Numbered from the stretch's first letter, positions 18,389 to 29,441 are shown. The stretch: 64,000 nucleotides of DNA from Candidatus Latescibacterota bacterium (GCA_965248755.1 OZ252149.1:2304001-2368000), one strand, 5' to 3'. The notes: generated by a model from the sequence alone, not told the origin. A program made the numbers and translations.

Positions 18389-19591
18389 GTGGCGACAGTC
18401 ACAGCGGATATCGAAAGGATCGAGAGAATCAAAAGGGTGTTGAAGGATAATCAACTCGACGGAATTGTGGTCAGAATACCTGAGAATATCCTCTATTTTA
18501 GCGGATATCTTCCGAGCATGGGAGTAAATAACCCCTGTGCTTTCGTGACTCAAGATGGGGACGTGAGCGTTATGGCGTCCTACGAAGATGAAATATTTGT
18601 AGAAGACAGCTGGGCAGACGATGTGAGACGCTATCCCGCTTTTCCTTTGGAGGGTGACGATCCTAAAGTAAGGATCACGGAGTTCATCAGGGATGAGGCG
18701 CATAAGCACGGCATCTCATCAGGGAGAATCGCTTACGAGGGGAGCTTCGAGGTTATCTCGACTCCGCTCTTCTGCGGCATCATAGCCGTGCCGTCCGTTG
18801 GCAACTTCTACAGTGAGATAAGTTTGGCGGTCCCCAACGCCCACTTAGTGGACGGAAGCGAGCTTATAATGGAGCTGAGGGGGGCCAAGACACCTTACGA
18901 GCTTGAGAAAATGAGGAAGACAGCCAAGATGACGGGAAAGGGGAACTTAGCGTGCAAAGAAAGACTCCATCCGGGGATGACTGAAGCGGAGATAGCCGTA
19001 GCTGTAGAATCGGCTATCACGCTGGGGGGCGCAGACATAGAAGGCGCCAAAAGGTGGAGAGGCTTCGCGCATGTAGCTACAGGCCAAAGGACAGGTACAG
19101 CCTGGAGCGTGATGTATTTCAACACACACAGGAAGGTGGAAGAATCGGACTTAGTCGTGATCGAACTGCACGGTATGTTAGATGGATACTGGTCTGACCT
19201 GACGCGTACCTACTCGGTTGGAAAACCGACCCAAAAACAAAGAGAAATATGGGAGGTAGTTGCCGAGGCTCAAAAGAAGGCGATGGAGGCGGACAAGCCG
19301 GGCGCTACAGGTCAAGAGGTAGACGCCGCTGCAAGGAAGGTGATCACGGAGGCGGGATACGGCGAATACTTCCCGCACCACACAGGACACGGAAGCGGCC
19401 TTAGGAGCCACGAACCTCCTTTCTTGCACCCTAACGTAGAGGGCGTAGTGCTGCCAGAGGGAGCATGCCACTCCTGCGAGCCGGGGATCTATATAAAAGA
19501 CCAAGGCATAGGCTTGAGGATTGAAGACATTGTGGAGACGACGCCCGATGGAGCCAAGTACCTGTGGGATCATGACAGGAATCTAGATTGA
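18389..19591 (+). CDS. Xaa-Pro peptidase (M24) family protein
   Basis: GYWSDLTRT, HHTGHGSG, HEPP, EPGIY and GLRIED. Confidence 0.9.
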   Translation: MATVTADIERIERIKRVLKDNQLDGIVVRIPENILYFSGYLPSMGVNNPCAFVTQDGDVSVMASYEDEIFVEDSWADDVRRYPAFPLEGDDPKVRITEFIRDEAHKHGISSGRIAYEGSFEVISTPLFCGIIAVPSVGNFYSEISLAVPNAHLVDGSELIMELRGAKTPYELEKMRKTAKMTGKGNLACKERLHPGMTEAEIAVAVESAITLGGADIEGAKRWRGFAHVATGQRTGTAWSVMYFNTHRKVEESDLVVIELHGMLDGYWSDLTRTYSVGKPTQKQREIWEVVAEAQKKAMEADKPGATGQEVDAAARKVITEAGYGEYFPHHTGHGSGLRSHEPPFLHPNVEGVVLPEGACHSCEPGIYIKDQGIGLRIEDIVETTPDGAKYLWDHDRNLD

Positions 19592-19679
19592 TCTCATATA
19601 GCTTCAAGCGGGGAGAGATTCCATTTTTTCCCAAGAGTCCTCTTCCCCAAAGAACTCCCCATACCTTTTTGCGGGCCTA

Positions 19680-20684
19680 TTAAGCCGAAATTTCCTCAAC
19701 CTTTTGGCTCTCGTCGGCAAGGTCTCTTAAAGATAGATGCTCCTTCCAGAAGTAGAACAATCCCAAAAGTGTTATAACTGTTATCTGGATGGCGTGAAGG
19801 ACTATTGAGAATCCGAGTGCTAATTCTTTGGGGATGTCAAAAAGTCTCAGGCTCAGTATGCAGAAATACTGGAACGTACCCACAAACCCCGGGCCAGAGG
19901 GAATCACTATTCCGAGGCAGACGATAATCGTAATGACCAGTGCGGCATAGATGGGAAGATCCAAATCGAAGGCCGCAATAACACACTGAGCTATCAAGGC
20001 TACCGTAAACCACATCAGCACCGAAAGTAGAAAGGCTATAAGGAAGTTCCGTCCGTCCGCAAAGATCGTCAGGCCATCCGAAAATGACCTGAAGAATCGG
20101 ATAGTCCGCTCTGAAACGGCTTGGGGGAAGATTTTAAGAATGAAACTCATAGCCCTGAGAGTCTCGTCCCTCTTTATTGCCAGGAGAGTTATGAAAAAAA
20201 GAGACGCTACGTAGAAGATAAAAAAGCCGATACCCGTTCCTTTGAGAAATTGCGGAAGAGGGAAGGACAGAAGAACGATTGCAGCAAAGAAGAAAAGAGC
20301 AAGTCCGTCAAAGAGACGGTCCACCACGATCGTTGCTAATGAGGCACTTTTGCTCACGTTCTCGATCTTGGCTATGACGTAGGCTCTTACTATCTCTCCT
20401 AATCTTGCGGGAAGAACGTTGTTTGCACCAAAACCTATCATTGTAGCTGAAAAGAGTCTATGCGTCTTGATATCTTTTATAGAAGCAAATATGTACTTCC
20501 ACCTATAGGCTCTTATCCAAAACTCGATGACAATGAGGAATACCACCGGTGTAAGATAGATATACTCAGCTTGCTGAAGCAATTGTGTCAATCCCTCAAA
20601 ATCCACCTTGCGAAGCACGAGGATGACAAAGAGGGAGCTTAAAGCTGTTCCCAGAAGCACCTGCAGAATCGCTTTCCATTTCAT
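19680..20684 (-). CDS. Lysylphosphatidylglycerol synthase TM / flippase-like membrane protein (UPF0104)
   Basis: RAYRW, NNVLPARLGE, DRLFD and PSGPGFVG; multiple TM helices. Confidence 0.88.
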   Translation of the reverse strand: MKWKAILQVLLGTALSSLFVILVLRKVDFEGLTQLLQQAEYIYLTPVVFLIVIEFWIRAYRWKYIFASIKDIKTHRLFSATMIGFGANNVLPARLGEIVRAYVIAKIENVSKSASLATIVVDRLFDGLALFFFAAIVLLSFPLPQFLKGTGIGFFIFYVASLFFITLLAIKRDETLRAMSFILKIFPQAVSERTIRFFRSFSDGLTIFADGRNFLIAFLLSVLMWFTVALIAQCVIAAFDLDLPIYAALVITIIVCLGIVIPSGPGFVGTFQYFCILSLRLFDIPKELALGFSIVLHAIQITVITLLGLFYFWKEHLSLRDLADESQKVEEISA

Positions 20685-21066
20685 AGATGACCCCTGTTTA
20701 ATTCATCCCTTTAGGAAGGTACGCTTAGAAACTCAATATAATCAATGTTTCGTGTTCTATCAAGCGGATTTTGCAAACTTCATTGGAGCACGCAAAGAGA
20801 GAAAGAGTACACAAAGAGCAGGGTGGAGGAGTACAAGCTTAACAGCGAGGAGATCAAACTGCCGAAGATATAGGGTCTCTCAGCCTTACAAGGTACACAC
20901 AGAACGGCAAATGATCGCCGATTGAATCTATCGGGGATGAAAATTACATTGCCAAACTTTCACAGGGGTTATTGCCCCAGAAAAGTTCCTTGACACTGAA
21001 GCATATTAATATTAATTTAGTGTTCGAGGAAATTCCTAGTTCCTTCAACCAAAAAAGGAGATACTC

Positions 21067-21960
21067 TTGAACCGCATAACGCTGGTTATATGCATCCTGC
21101 TTTGCCCTGCCTTCGCTCTTGCCGGTTCTGGGGAGGTAAAGTATATCGCACTGGACGTAAGCGGGAGTATGAAAAAGGCTGAGCCAGCTTTGAAGGCAGC
21201 GCTTATTCAGTATATCCTGGACAGGGATCGTGGGGATAAAGTTGTGATTATTCCCTTTTCCACCTTTGCCGAAGATCCCATAGAAATAGCGGTCGAATCA
21301 GAAGGTGATAGAACTGAATTGGGATCAGCCCTTCAAAATCTAAAGTTCGAAGGCGAGTATACTAACTTCGATGAGGTGATAAAGGCGTGGAAGGCGCACC
21401 TTTGGGATTCTAAGGTTCAAGCCGAATCTGTCTTGGAAATATGGACGGACGGTAAATCCGATCCTTCCCCAGGTAAGGAACCTTTGGACCTTTCACAGAT
21501 CTCAGACCAATCTATCCAACACAAGGGATTTAAGATCTTTACTTTAACTAGCAAAGGTACAGAAGAACAAGACAGAAGCCCCGATGTAAAGCGCCAAGAG
21601 ATTACAGAGATTATAAAGTTTATTCAGGAGAAGTTGATGGACTATGAGAAGCACTTAGTAGAGGCTATGGAGTATGAACCTGAGGTAAGCGAGACAGAGG
21701 AAGGCGAAGTAGAAGACGAAAAGGAAGAGATATATGCGATAAGCGAAGTGGTGGGGGAGTCTATAGATAGGGATGAGAGGGATCAATTTGGACTCTTCGC
21801 TGAGTTTGAGGGGTTTGTGTCTGCTAGTTACTATAAGAAGAATGGATCGTACTACCTGGAGATCGTAACTGAGGATGAAGGTGGAAATAGAGCCTCGAAG
21901 CGAAAGAAGGTCGCAAAGGCGGGAATAGATTACGTTAAGTCGAAGATTGAAAAAGAATAG
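21067..21960 (+). CDS. Secreted von Willebrand factor A domain protein
   Basis: Signal peptide, MIDAS DVSGS...T...TDG, acidic linker. Confidence 0.75.
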   Translation: MNRITLVICILLCPAFALAGSGEVKYIALDVSGSMKKAEPALKAALIQYILDRDRGDKVVIIPFSTFAEDPIEIAVESEGDRTELGSALQNLKFEGEYTNFDEVIKAWKAHLWDSKVQAESVLEIWTDGKSDPSPGKEPLDLSQISDQSIQHKGFKIFTLTSKGTEEQDRSPDVKRQEITEIIKFIQEKLMDYEKHLVEAMEYEPEVSETEEGEVEDEKEEIYAISEVVGESIDRDERDQFGLFAEFEGFVSASYYKKNGSYYLEIVTEDEGGNRASKRKKVAKAGIDYVKSKIEKE

Positions 21961-22039
21961 GTCCCGGAGCCCCAATTGTCCCTGATAGATTCAATCGGGG
22001 ATGGGGTTCAATCGGGGATCTAGGGCAACGGGGGTCACT

Positions 22040-24127
22040 GTGAAAGAATATGGCAGCTCAGAGATCAGGAATGTGGGGTTGATAGGGCATGGGAGTGTGG
22101 GCAAGACGTCTCTTGCTGAGGCTATGCTGTTCACAGCAGGGGCGTCTAATCGTCTGGGCAAAGTGGATGACGGAACAACACTATCGGATTACAGCCAGGA
22201 TGAGATCGAAAGGAAAATTTCGATAAGTGCGTCGATGCTGCACTGTGAGCGGAACGGGAACAAGCTGAATATCATAGACACGCCGGGCTATGCCGATTTT
22301 ATAGGTGAGGTGGTGGGAGCACTCAGGGCTGTGGACGGGGCTGTACTGGTGATAAATGCCGTGTCCGGAATCGAAGTTGGGACCGAGAAGGTGTGGCAGT
22401 ACGCCAAAGACTACGGAATCGGCTGCCTGATCGTCCTGAATAGGATGGGCAAAGAAAATGCCGATTTTGAGGGAACATGCGACACAATTTCCAATAGGTT
22501 CGGAAGAGAGGCTATTCCCCTGCAGATCCCGCTAAATCCGGGAGATGGATTTAACGGTCTGGTGGATGTGCTTAAGATGAAGCTTTTAACGTATCCAGCA
22601 GACGGGAGTAAACAGGTCACAGAGGGTCATATACCCCCGGAATTGAAGGATAGGGCCTCAGAGTTCAGGGAGAAGTTGGTCGAGGCAGTGGCGGAAAGCG
22701 ATGATGATCTTTTAGAAAAGTATTTGGAAGAGACTGACCTGTCGGATGAGGAGCTGATCCTGGGACTCAGGAAGGGGATAGCCACCAGGAGTATCTTCCC
22801 TATTTTGTGCACAGACGCTTACACTAACGTAGGAACAAGTGCGCTTTTGGACATAATATCGGATTGCATGCCTTCCCCTGTGGACGTTGGGACTGTTACG
22901 GGCACCAGGCCAGGAACAGATGAGAATGCAGAGCTTGAAGCTTCGGAAAGTAGTCCACTGTCGTCTCTTCTGTTCAAGACTATGTCCGAACCTCACGTCG
23001 GTGAACTATCGTTAATAAGACTCTATTCGGGGACATTGAAATCGGGAGATGAGGTGTTGAATTCCTCAAAAGGTGTGGTTGAGAGGATCGGACAAATATA
23101 TAATCTGAACGGACGAGATAGAAACGAAATAGGAAATGTGACGTCGGGGGATATGATTGCACTGGTCAAGTTGAAGGACTCTCACACGGGTGATACTCTC
23201 TGCAACAGGGAATCTCCTGTGATCCTTCCAAAGATAGATCTTCCGGAGCCAGTGATAAATGAGGCTGTGGAACTCAAGTCTAAGGGGGATGAGCAAAAGA
23301 TTAGCGCTGGACTGTCCAGGCTGCACGAGGAAGATCCGACATTTGTGGCAAAATTCGAGCCTGAGCTCAGACAGATGATCGTATCGGGACAGGGAGAGTT
23401 ACATCTGGAAGTTGTCATAAACAAGCTGAAGCAGAAGTTCGGAGTCGACGTAACTCTTGTCGAGCCCAAGATCCCTTATCGGGAGACTATAACGGGTAAG
23501 TCTCAGGCTCAGCACAGATATAAGAAGCAATCCGGAGGGAGGGGTCAGTACGGCGACGTACATATAAGAATCGAACCCGTGGGAAGAGGCAAAGGGTTTG
23601 AGTTTGTGAATGAAATTAGGGGCGGAGCTATCCCTGCCAAGTATATACCCTCAGTGGAAAAAGGCATTGTGGAGGCTATGGGAAAGGGCATTTTGGCTGG
23701 ATATCCGGCAATTGATTTCAAGGTAGGGCTATACGACGGGACCTATCACTCTGTCGACTCGTCGGACCTGGCGTTCTCCCTGGCAGGATCGATGGCTTTC
23801 CAGGAGGCGTTTATGAGTGCAAAGCCGATTCTTCTGGAGCCCATCTACGACGTAGAGGTGACAGTACCTGAGGAATTTATGGGTGATGTGATGGGAGACC
23901 TATCCAGCAGAAGGGCCAAGATTCAGGGAATGGATACGAACGGTAATTTCCAGACTATCAGAGGACAGGTCCCCCTTGCGGAACTTTATAAGTATTCCAC
24001 CGCTTTAAGATCGATGACTCAAGGAAGGGGGCTCCACACAAGGATGTTCTCCCACTATGAGCCAGTGCCTCATGAATTAAGCGAAAAGGTGATAGCTGAC
24101 GCCAAAAGACAAAAGGAGGAGGGATAA
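22040..24127 (+). CDS. fusA: Elongation factor G (stand-alone, EF-G2-like)
   Basis: GHGSVGKT, DTPGYADF, GQGELHLE, KKQSGGRGQYG, YHSVDSS and LRSMTQGRG. It is not in an str operon. Start placed at GTG 22040. Confidence 0.93.
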   Translation: MKEYGSSEIRNVGLIGHGSVGKTSLAEAMLFTAGASNRLGKVDDGTTLSDYSQDEIERKISISASMLHCERNGNKLNIIDTPGYADFIGEVVGALRAVDGAVLVINAVSGIEVGTEKVWQYAKDYGIGCLIVLNRMGKENADFEGTCDTISNRFGREAIPLQIPLNPGDGFNGLVDVLKMKLLTYPADGSKQVTEGHIPPELKDRASEFREKLVEAVAESDDDLLEKYLEETDLSDEELILGLRKGIATRSIFPILCTDAYTNVGTSALLDIISDCMPSPVDVGTVTGTRPGTDENAELEASESSPLSSLLFKTMSEPHVGELSLIRLYSGTLKSGDEVLNSSKGVVERIGQIYNLNGRDRNEIGNVTSGDMIALVKLKDSHTGDTLCNRESPVILPKIDLPEPVINEAVELKSKGDEQKISAGLSRLHEEDPTFVAKFEPELRQMIVSGQGELHLEVVINKLKQKFGVDVTLVEPKIPYRETITGKSQAQHRYKKQSGGRGQYGDVHIRIEPVGRGKGFEFVNEIRGGAIPAKYIPSVEKGIVEAMGKGILAGYPAIDFKVGLYDGTYHSVDSSDLAFSLAGSMAFQEAFMSAKPILLEPIYDVEVTVPEEFMGDVMGDLSSRRAKIQGMDTNGNFQTIRGQVPLAELYKYSTALRSMTQGRGLHTRMFSHYEPVPHELSEKVIADAKRQKEEG

Positions 24128-24143
24128 GATTTTCCTCAGGTTC

Positions 24144-24749
24144 TTGGAGAAAGAGGCGGCGTTCGGTTACCCTGAGCGTCGCTTTTCTTTTGACAGCATA
24201 TTCAAGAAGAAAAGTACTGTGACATGTCCTATCATAATTGCAGACTATGATCCGCCGTGTCCGCTTCTGTACGAAGAACAAAAGGGCCGAATTCTTGGCG
24301 TAATCGGACATAGAGTCGTCGCCATCGAGCACATCGGAAGTACCGCAGTGCCCGGATTGGGAGCAAAGCCGACCATTGACATCATGGTCGGCCTCTCTCG
24401 GCTTGTCGATGCAAGGGAGTGTATTGAGCCGCTCCAGAGCATTGGCTATGAGTATGTCCCCGACTACGAAGATTCAATCCCCCCAAGGCGCTACTTCCGC
24501 AAGGGTCCCCCGGAAGCACGCACCACACATCATTTGCACATAGTTGAATTAACAAGTGATTTTCGGGAGCAGCACCTGCTGTTTCGCGACTTCTTGCGCG
24601 CTCACACCGAGGTAGCTCAGGAGTATTACAAATTGAAGGTGGAATTAGCTGATAAGTACCGTTTCAAAGGCCAAGCCTACACTGATGCCAAGACGCCGTT
24701 TATCGAATCTGTAATGGCCAAGGCCCGCGCTGAGAAAGAACAAGAGTAA
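24144..24749 (+). CDS. GrpB (UPF0157) family nucleotidyltransferase-like protein; start uncertain
   Basis: IEHIGSTAVPGLGAKPTIDI, HLH, FRDFLRAH and YTDAK. Confidence 0.85.
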   Translation: MEKEAAFGYPERRFSFDSIFKKKSTVTCPIIIADYDPPCPLLYEEQKGRILGVIGHRVVAIEHIGSTAVPGLGAKPTIDIMVGLSRLVDARECIEPLQSIGYEYVPDYEDSIPPRRYFRKGPPEARTTHHLHIVELTSDFREQHLLFRDFLRAHTEVAQEYYKLKVELADKYRFKGQAYTDAKTPFIESVMAKARAEKEQE

Positions 24750-25068
24750 ACGATGAATCCCTACATTGTGCAAGAGGTTAAATAAGCAAAAACAGATTGT
24801 ATTCCTTACGCCAGTTAAATAGTGACCCTAAGCCAGAATTTGATATTAGGAATTTCGCTTGCATGCAGTGGACTTTTGAACTAAATTTTATCTGGAAGAA
24901 TGTGACTGTCCTATGACCAGTCACACTTAACTAGACAGCATTGGACAGGAGAGGTAGTTCACCCTTGCCCCGATTGAATCTATTGGAGGTCGGGGGCCTG
25001 TATTCTGTCTACCGATCCCCGATTGAATCTATCGGGGACTGTCTGCTTGACTATTAGGAGGGTAGCAT

Positions 25069-25827
25069 ATGTCCGGACACTCAAAGTGGAGCACAATAAA
25101 GCGCAAAAAAGCCAAAGACGATGCACAAAAGGGAAAGATCTTCTCAAAACTTATAAAAGAAATAACAATAGCGGCTCGTCAGGAAGGAGGAGACCCCACA
25201 GGGAATCCAAGACTGAGGACGGCGATAGAGGCGGCAAAGAAGGCTAATATGCCACAGACAAATATCGAGAAGGCCATCAAGCGGGGGACCGGAGAAATTG
25301 AAGGGGTGTCTTACGAGGAGGTGGTGTACGAGGGATACGGTCCGGGCGGCGTGGCAGTCATTATTGAGGTGGTTACGGACAACAAAAACAGAGCTGTTGC
25401 AGATATAAGGCATATATTCACCAAGCACAACGGAAATTTGGGAGAGGCGGGATCTGTGTCCTGGGGATTCGAACAGAAAGGTCTGATCGTTGTGGAGAAG
25501 GATGGGCAAGACGAGGAAGACCTAATGATGATGATCATAGACCAAGGGGCTGATGACATTGTGGCGGTCGAGGACGCATTTGAGATTATGACCTCGTTTG
25601 AGGGCTTTGAGACCGTAAAGAAGGCACTGGAGCAGGAGAACGTAAATTACACTGACGCCGAGCTTGTAAGGAGTCCTCGAGCTACCGTAAAAGTGGAAGG
25701 AAAAGGGGCACAGCAGACTTTGAGATTGCTGGATGCCCTGGAGGAACACGACGACGTTCAGAGGGTGTTTTCTAATTTCGACATCGATGAGGAGGAATTG
25801 AAGACACTGGCTGATCGGGCTATTTAA
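25069..25827 (+). CDS. YebC/PmpR family protein
   Basis: MSGHSKWSTIKRKK, YEGYGPGG, TDNKNR and DDVQRVFSN. Confidence 0.96.
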   Translation: MSGHSKWSTIKRKKAKDDAQKGKIFSKLIKEITIAARQEGGDPTGNPRLRTAIEAAKKANMPQTNIEKAIKRGTGEIEGVSYEEVVYEGYGPGGVAVIIEVVTDNKNRAVADIRHIFTKHNGNLGEAGSVSWGFEQKGLIVVEKDGQDEEDLMMMIIDQGADDIVAVEDAFEIMTSFEGFETVKKALEQENVNYTDAELVRSPRATVKVEGKGAQQTLRLLDALEEHDDVQRVFSNFDIDEEELKTLADRAI

Positions 25828-25845
25828 AGATCGGGAGCGACAGAT

Positions 25846-26340
25846 TTGAAAATCTTGGGAATCGATCCGGGTAGTGTGACGACTGGCTTCGGAATAATTG
25901 AATACTCAGAAAAGAACTACAGATTCATAAGCTGCGGGTCCGTACATACAAGCTCGAAGACTCCGTTTACACAAAGGCTGGGGAAAATATATTCTGATCT
26001 GATGGACGTTATAGTCGAGCTTAAACCTGATGAGGTTGCCGTGGAGGATGTGTTCTACAAAGATAATCCCAAAACGGCGCTGAAGATGGGCCACGCAAGG
26101 GGCGTGATCTTGCTTGCAGCGGTAAATTCTAAACTGCCTATCTCAGAATATACCCCAAGGGAGGTAAAAATGGCTGTCGTAGGGTCGGGAAGAGCGTCTA
26201 AGGAGCAGGTGCAGTTTATGATTATGAGCGTCCTGGGACTCCGGGAACTGCCAAAACCCCTGGACGCCTCGGACGCTTTAGCGGTGGCTCTGTGTCACGC
26301 TCACTCTTTGGACAGTAAGTTCAAAGGCTTGAACTTATGA
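25846..26340 (+). CDS. ruvC: Holliday junction resolvase
   Basis: ILGIDPG, ARGV, YTPREVK and DASDALAVALCH. Confidence 0.96.
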   Translation: MKILGIDPGSVTTGFGIIEYSEKNYRFISCGSVHTSSKTPFTQRLGKIYSDLMDVIVELKPDEVAVEDVFYKDNPKTALKMGHARGVILLAAVNSKLPISEYTPREVKMAVVGSGRASKEQVQFMIMSVLGLRELPKPLDASDALAVALCHAHSLDSKFKGLNL

Positions 26341-26936
26341 TCTCGTATTTAGAGGGGACACTTGCTGATAAGGATCCTACCGGTCTTGTGGTGGATGTTA
26401 AGGGTGTAGGCTTTCGGGTGAATATATCTCTTTCGTATTACGAGAAGCTGGGTGCCGTCGGGAGCCAGCTTAAGGTCCTCACATATCTTCACGTTAAGGC
26501 GGATGGGCTTGAGCTTTACGGTTTTAAGGATCAGGATGAAAGGGAGCTTTTCGAGACCCTGATCAAGGTGTCGGGAGTCGGTCCCAGGTTAGCTCAGACT
26601 GTTCTGTCCGGAATGTCGGTTGGGGATTTCAAGATGGCCGTGGCAAGAGAAGATATCCGGGCTATCACCTCTATTCAGGGTGTAGGGAAGAAGATGGGAC
26701 AAAGGCTTATTATGGAGCTGAAAGAGAGGTTCGGGAAGATTGATTTTGGAATCGATGCGCCGATTCTTTCAGACGTTCAGGGTGAAATAGGCCCTGAACA
26801 CGAGGCTCTGTTGGCTCTTAGGACACTGGGGATGGATGATATAGAGGCAAGACGCGCTGTGGCAAAGGTGATAAAAAAAAGTGGAAACAGGCTTTCTGTG
26901 CAACAGATCATCAAAGGGGTGCTGAGACAAACCTAA
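26337..26936 (+). CDS. ruvA: Holliday junction branch migration protein A
   Basis: LYGF, LIKVSGVGP and GVGKK...RLIMELK. Confidence 0.95.
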   Translation: MISYLEGTLADKDPTGLVVDVKGVGFRVNISLSYYEKLGAVGSQLKVLTYLHVKADGLELYGFKDQDERELFETLIKVSGVGPRLAQTVLSGMSVGDFKMAVAREDIRAITSIQGVGKKMGQRLIMELKERFGKIDFGIDAPILSDVQGEIGPEHEALLALRTLGMDDIEARRAVAKVIKKSGNRLSVQQIIKGVLRQT

Positions 26937-27152
26937 ATGGCATCGAGGAAGCCTGACGAAGTCATAAAGCACTCTGATGGAGGCAGAACTGAAATCAGGT
27001 GAAAGTGGAAATTAGGGAGAAAAGGGGAACGAAGTCGTATAAGGAAAAAGATAGATAAGAATGAAAAGACCAGGGAAACATGGCACGAACTCTTTGACAG
27101 TGAAGGCAATATTATCCATCAGGACCGGAAGTACCCCCGGAAGTACCCATAG
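26937..27152 (+). pseudogene. Small hypothetical protein with one in-frame TGA, between ruvA and ruvB
   Basis: MASRKPDEVIKHSDGGRTEIR*KWKLGRKGERSRIRKKIDKNEKTRETWHELFDSEGNIIHQDRKYPRKYP*. The ATG directly follows the ruvA stop. Confidence 0.5.
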
Positions 27153-27210
27153 AGCAAAGGTAAAATAGAAGAGGTTAAAAGATAATAGCCTCAGTGAGGC
27201 ACAAAAACTT

Positions 27211-28236
27211 ATGAACGAGCGTATGACTGCCCCAGATCCATTGGGCGACGATTTAGAGTTTGAAGAATCGCTTCGACCCGTAAGATTCGAGGACTTCCCG
27301 GGACAGCAGCAAGTAAAGGAGAATCTGAAAGTATACATCCAAGCGGCAAAGAAAAGAGGTGAAGCGCTAGACCATATCTTGCTTCACGGACCCCCTGGAT
27401 TGGGAAAGACCACCTTGGCGACTATCATAGCACACGAGATGGGCGTGAACTTCAAGCCATCCTCAGGGCCACTCTTTCAGTCACCTTTCGATCTTTCAGG
27501 AATCCTGACAAATTTGAACGACGGGGATATCCTGTTTATAGATGAAATCCACAGACTGAACAGGGCAGTGGAAGAGTACCTCTATCCCGCTATGGAGGAT
27601 TTTGTGATAGACATAATCATAGATCAGGGCCCGAGGGCTCGGTCTGTGAGGCTCAATCTGGACAAATTCACGATGGTGGGCGCCACGACAAGAATAGGTC
27701 TTTTGACTTCTCCTTTAAGGTCCCGGTTCGGGATCATGGAGCGAGTGAATTTCTACAGCGTGGATGAGTTGATTCGGATCGCCAAGAGATCTGCGAGGAT
27801 ATTGGGCGTCAAGATAGATGCTGAAGGAGCAGAAGAGATCGCAAAGAGATCCAGAGGAACTGCAAGGGTGGTAAACAGACTGTTGAGAAGAATAAGGGAT
27901 TTTGCCGAGGTAAAGGCGGATGGGGTTATAAACCTGGATGTGGCAAATGAGGCTTTGATAATGCTGAACGTGGACGAGGAGGGGTTGGATGAGATGGACA
28001 AGAAGATCCTTTTAGCCTTGATAGACAAGTTTGAGGGCGGACCCACAGGTCTGACGAATCTGGCGGCCGCTGTGGGCGAGGAGCCGGACACGATTGAGGA
28101 GGTATATGAACCCTATCTGATTCAGGAAGGTTACTTAGAACGGACCCCAAGAGGAAGGAAGGCTACCCTTCTGGCTTACAGGCACTTCGGGAAAAATAGG
28201 GCGGTAGACGATAAGAGCCAGATGACGCTGCTGTAA
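27211..28236 (+). CDS. ruvB: Holliday junction branch migration helicase
   Basis: [34 protein letters not shown] and [14 protein letters not shown]. Confidence 0.98.
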   Translation: MNERMTAPDPLGDDLEFEESLRPVRFEDFPGQQQVKENLKVYIQAAKKRGEALDHILLHGPPGLGKTTLATIIAHEMGVNFKPSSGPLFQSPFDLSGILTNLNDGDILFIDEIHRLNRAVEEYLYPAMEDFVIDIIIDQGPRARSVRLNLDKFTMVGATTRIGLLTSPLRSRFGIMERVNFYSVDELIRIAKRSARILGVKIDAEGAEEIAKRSRGTARVVNRLLRRIRDFAEVKADGVINLDVANEALIMLNVDEEGLDEMDKKILLALIDKFEGGPTGLTNLAAAVGEEPDTIEEVYEPYLIQEGYLERTPRGRKATLLAYRHFGKNRAVDDKSQMTLL

Positions 28237-28254
28237 AGAAACCCAGGAGTTAAA

Positions 28255-28452
28255 ATGGCGTTAAATAAGGAACAGTCTAAGGCTTTAGCAGATAAGCTGA
28301 TGACTTTGGCAAATATCTCTGTAGGAGGTCTGGTCTTCGGAGCGCTTATATCGGCTAAGAAGGTCCAGATTCTATTCATAATAATCGGGATTGTTATCTA
28401 CATAGTACTGACTCTTGTAGGGCTACACTTACTTAAAGAAGAGGAGAACTGA
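28255..28452 (+). CDS. Small two-TM membrane protein
   Basis: 65 aa, AGGAG RBS, two hydrophobic segments. Confidence 0.6.
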   Translation: MALNKEQSKALADKLMTLANISVGGLVFGALISAKKVQILFIIIGIVIYIVLTLVGLHLLKEEEN

Positions 28453-28455
28453 CTG

Positions 28456-28548
28456 ATGTGGACTGCACTGCTCTTACTAATAGGGGTTACTATAGCCGCT
28501 GTTATGATCGCTCTACCCACTATTCTGTCGAAGTCAAGGAAGAAATAG
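28456..28548 (+). CDS. 30-aa single-TM small protein
   Basis: MWTALLLLIGVTIAAVMIALPTILSKSRKK* after a GAGGAG RBS; below the ORF-track cutoff. Confidence 0.5.
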   Translation: MWTALLLLIGVTIAAVMIALPTILSKSRKK

Positions 28549-28619
28549 CTATATAACTCGAAGAGAATCTACATTGATATTCCTATAAGTAGCTCGACAA
28601 AACTTGTCGCATATCTACA

Positions 28620-29341
28620 GTTAAATGAAAGTTCATTATTGATATTGATGTTTAGGAGTGCAATGTAATGGTAATTCAAGAAAATCTGTTGGCTGGAGAG
28701 AACATCAGACTGACAGGTTTAAGAAAAAGTGATGTACCTACTATTCTTAAATGGAGAGAAGATACACGCTTTTTGCGATTATGGAATTCAGATCCATTGA
28801 TTGAGCGCAGCGAAGTAAGTCTCAATGAGTGGATTGATGAGGCAGGAAAGACTGACCGTGAACTTACGTTTGCCATAAGACTGCACAACCATGAGGAACT
28901 CATAGGAGTTATCGGGATAACGGGCATCGAGTGGCCTATTTGGGAATTGGCATTGGCGAACCGGAAAATTGGGGCAAAGGCTATGGTACAGAAGCCACAT
29001 ACCTTATCATTCAATATGCCTTCAACGAATTAAATCTCTACAGACTTCAATTAACGGTCTTTGAATATAACCCTCGTGCAATTGCCCTATTTGAAAAAGT
29101 AGGTTTTCAGAAAGAAGGGGTATTTAGAAAGTTTATAGAACGTGATGGACAGAGATACGATATGTATTTATATGGCCTATTGAGAGACGAATGGGAGCCT
29201 TTAAAATCTTGAAACTACGATGCTAAAACTATGAACCTTCATTTAACAACTCCATACCCGCTACGTCGCTTCGCTCCTTGGCCCTGACGGGCAATGGCCT
29301 CGCACTGCTTAAGCCGTTCGGGTATTGGTCCAACGTTAGTA
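28620..29341 (+). mobile_element. Solitary integron-type gene cassette (GNAT gene plus attC)
   Basis: Core site GTTAAAT at 28620. Its exact complement ATTTAAC at 29241 opens a ~100-bp attC-like imperfect palindrome (CCATACCCG / CGGGTATTGG) ending GTTAGTA at 29335-29341. The cargo is AT-rich. Confidence 0.7.
28668..29212 (+). pseudogene. RimJ/RimL-type GNAT acetyltransferase, frameshifted
   Basis: The N-half (28668 frame) and C-half (28931 frame: GIGIGEPENWGKGYG...YNPRAIALFEKVGFQKEG) join out of frame near 28931. Confidence 0.85.
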
Positions 29342-29441
29342 GACAGGGCGCTTTACTCCCTTGTATGCTGTCTACTATTTTGGATCTCTATAATCTTGTC
29401 CAGACTATTTTGACCCGATACTTAAATTCAGAGGAAAAGTC

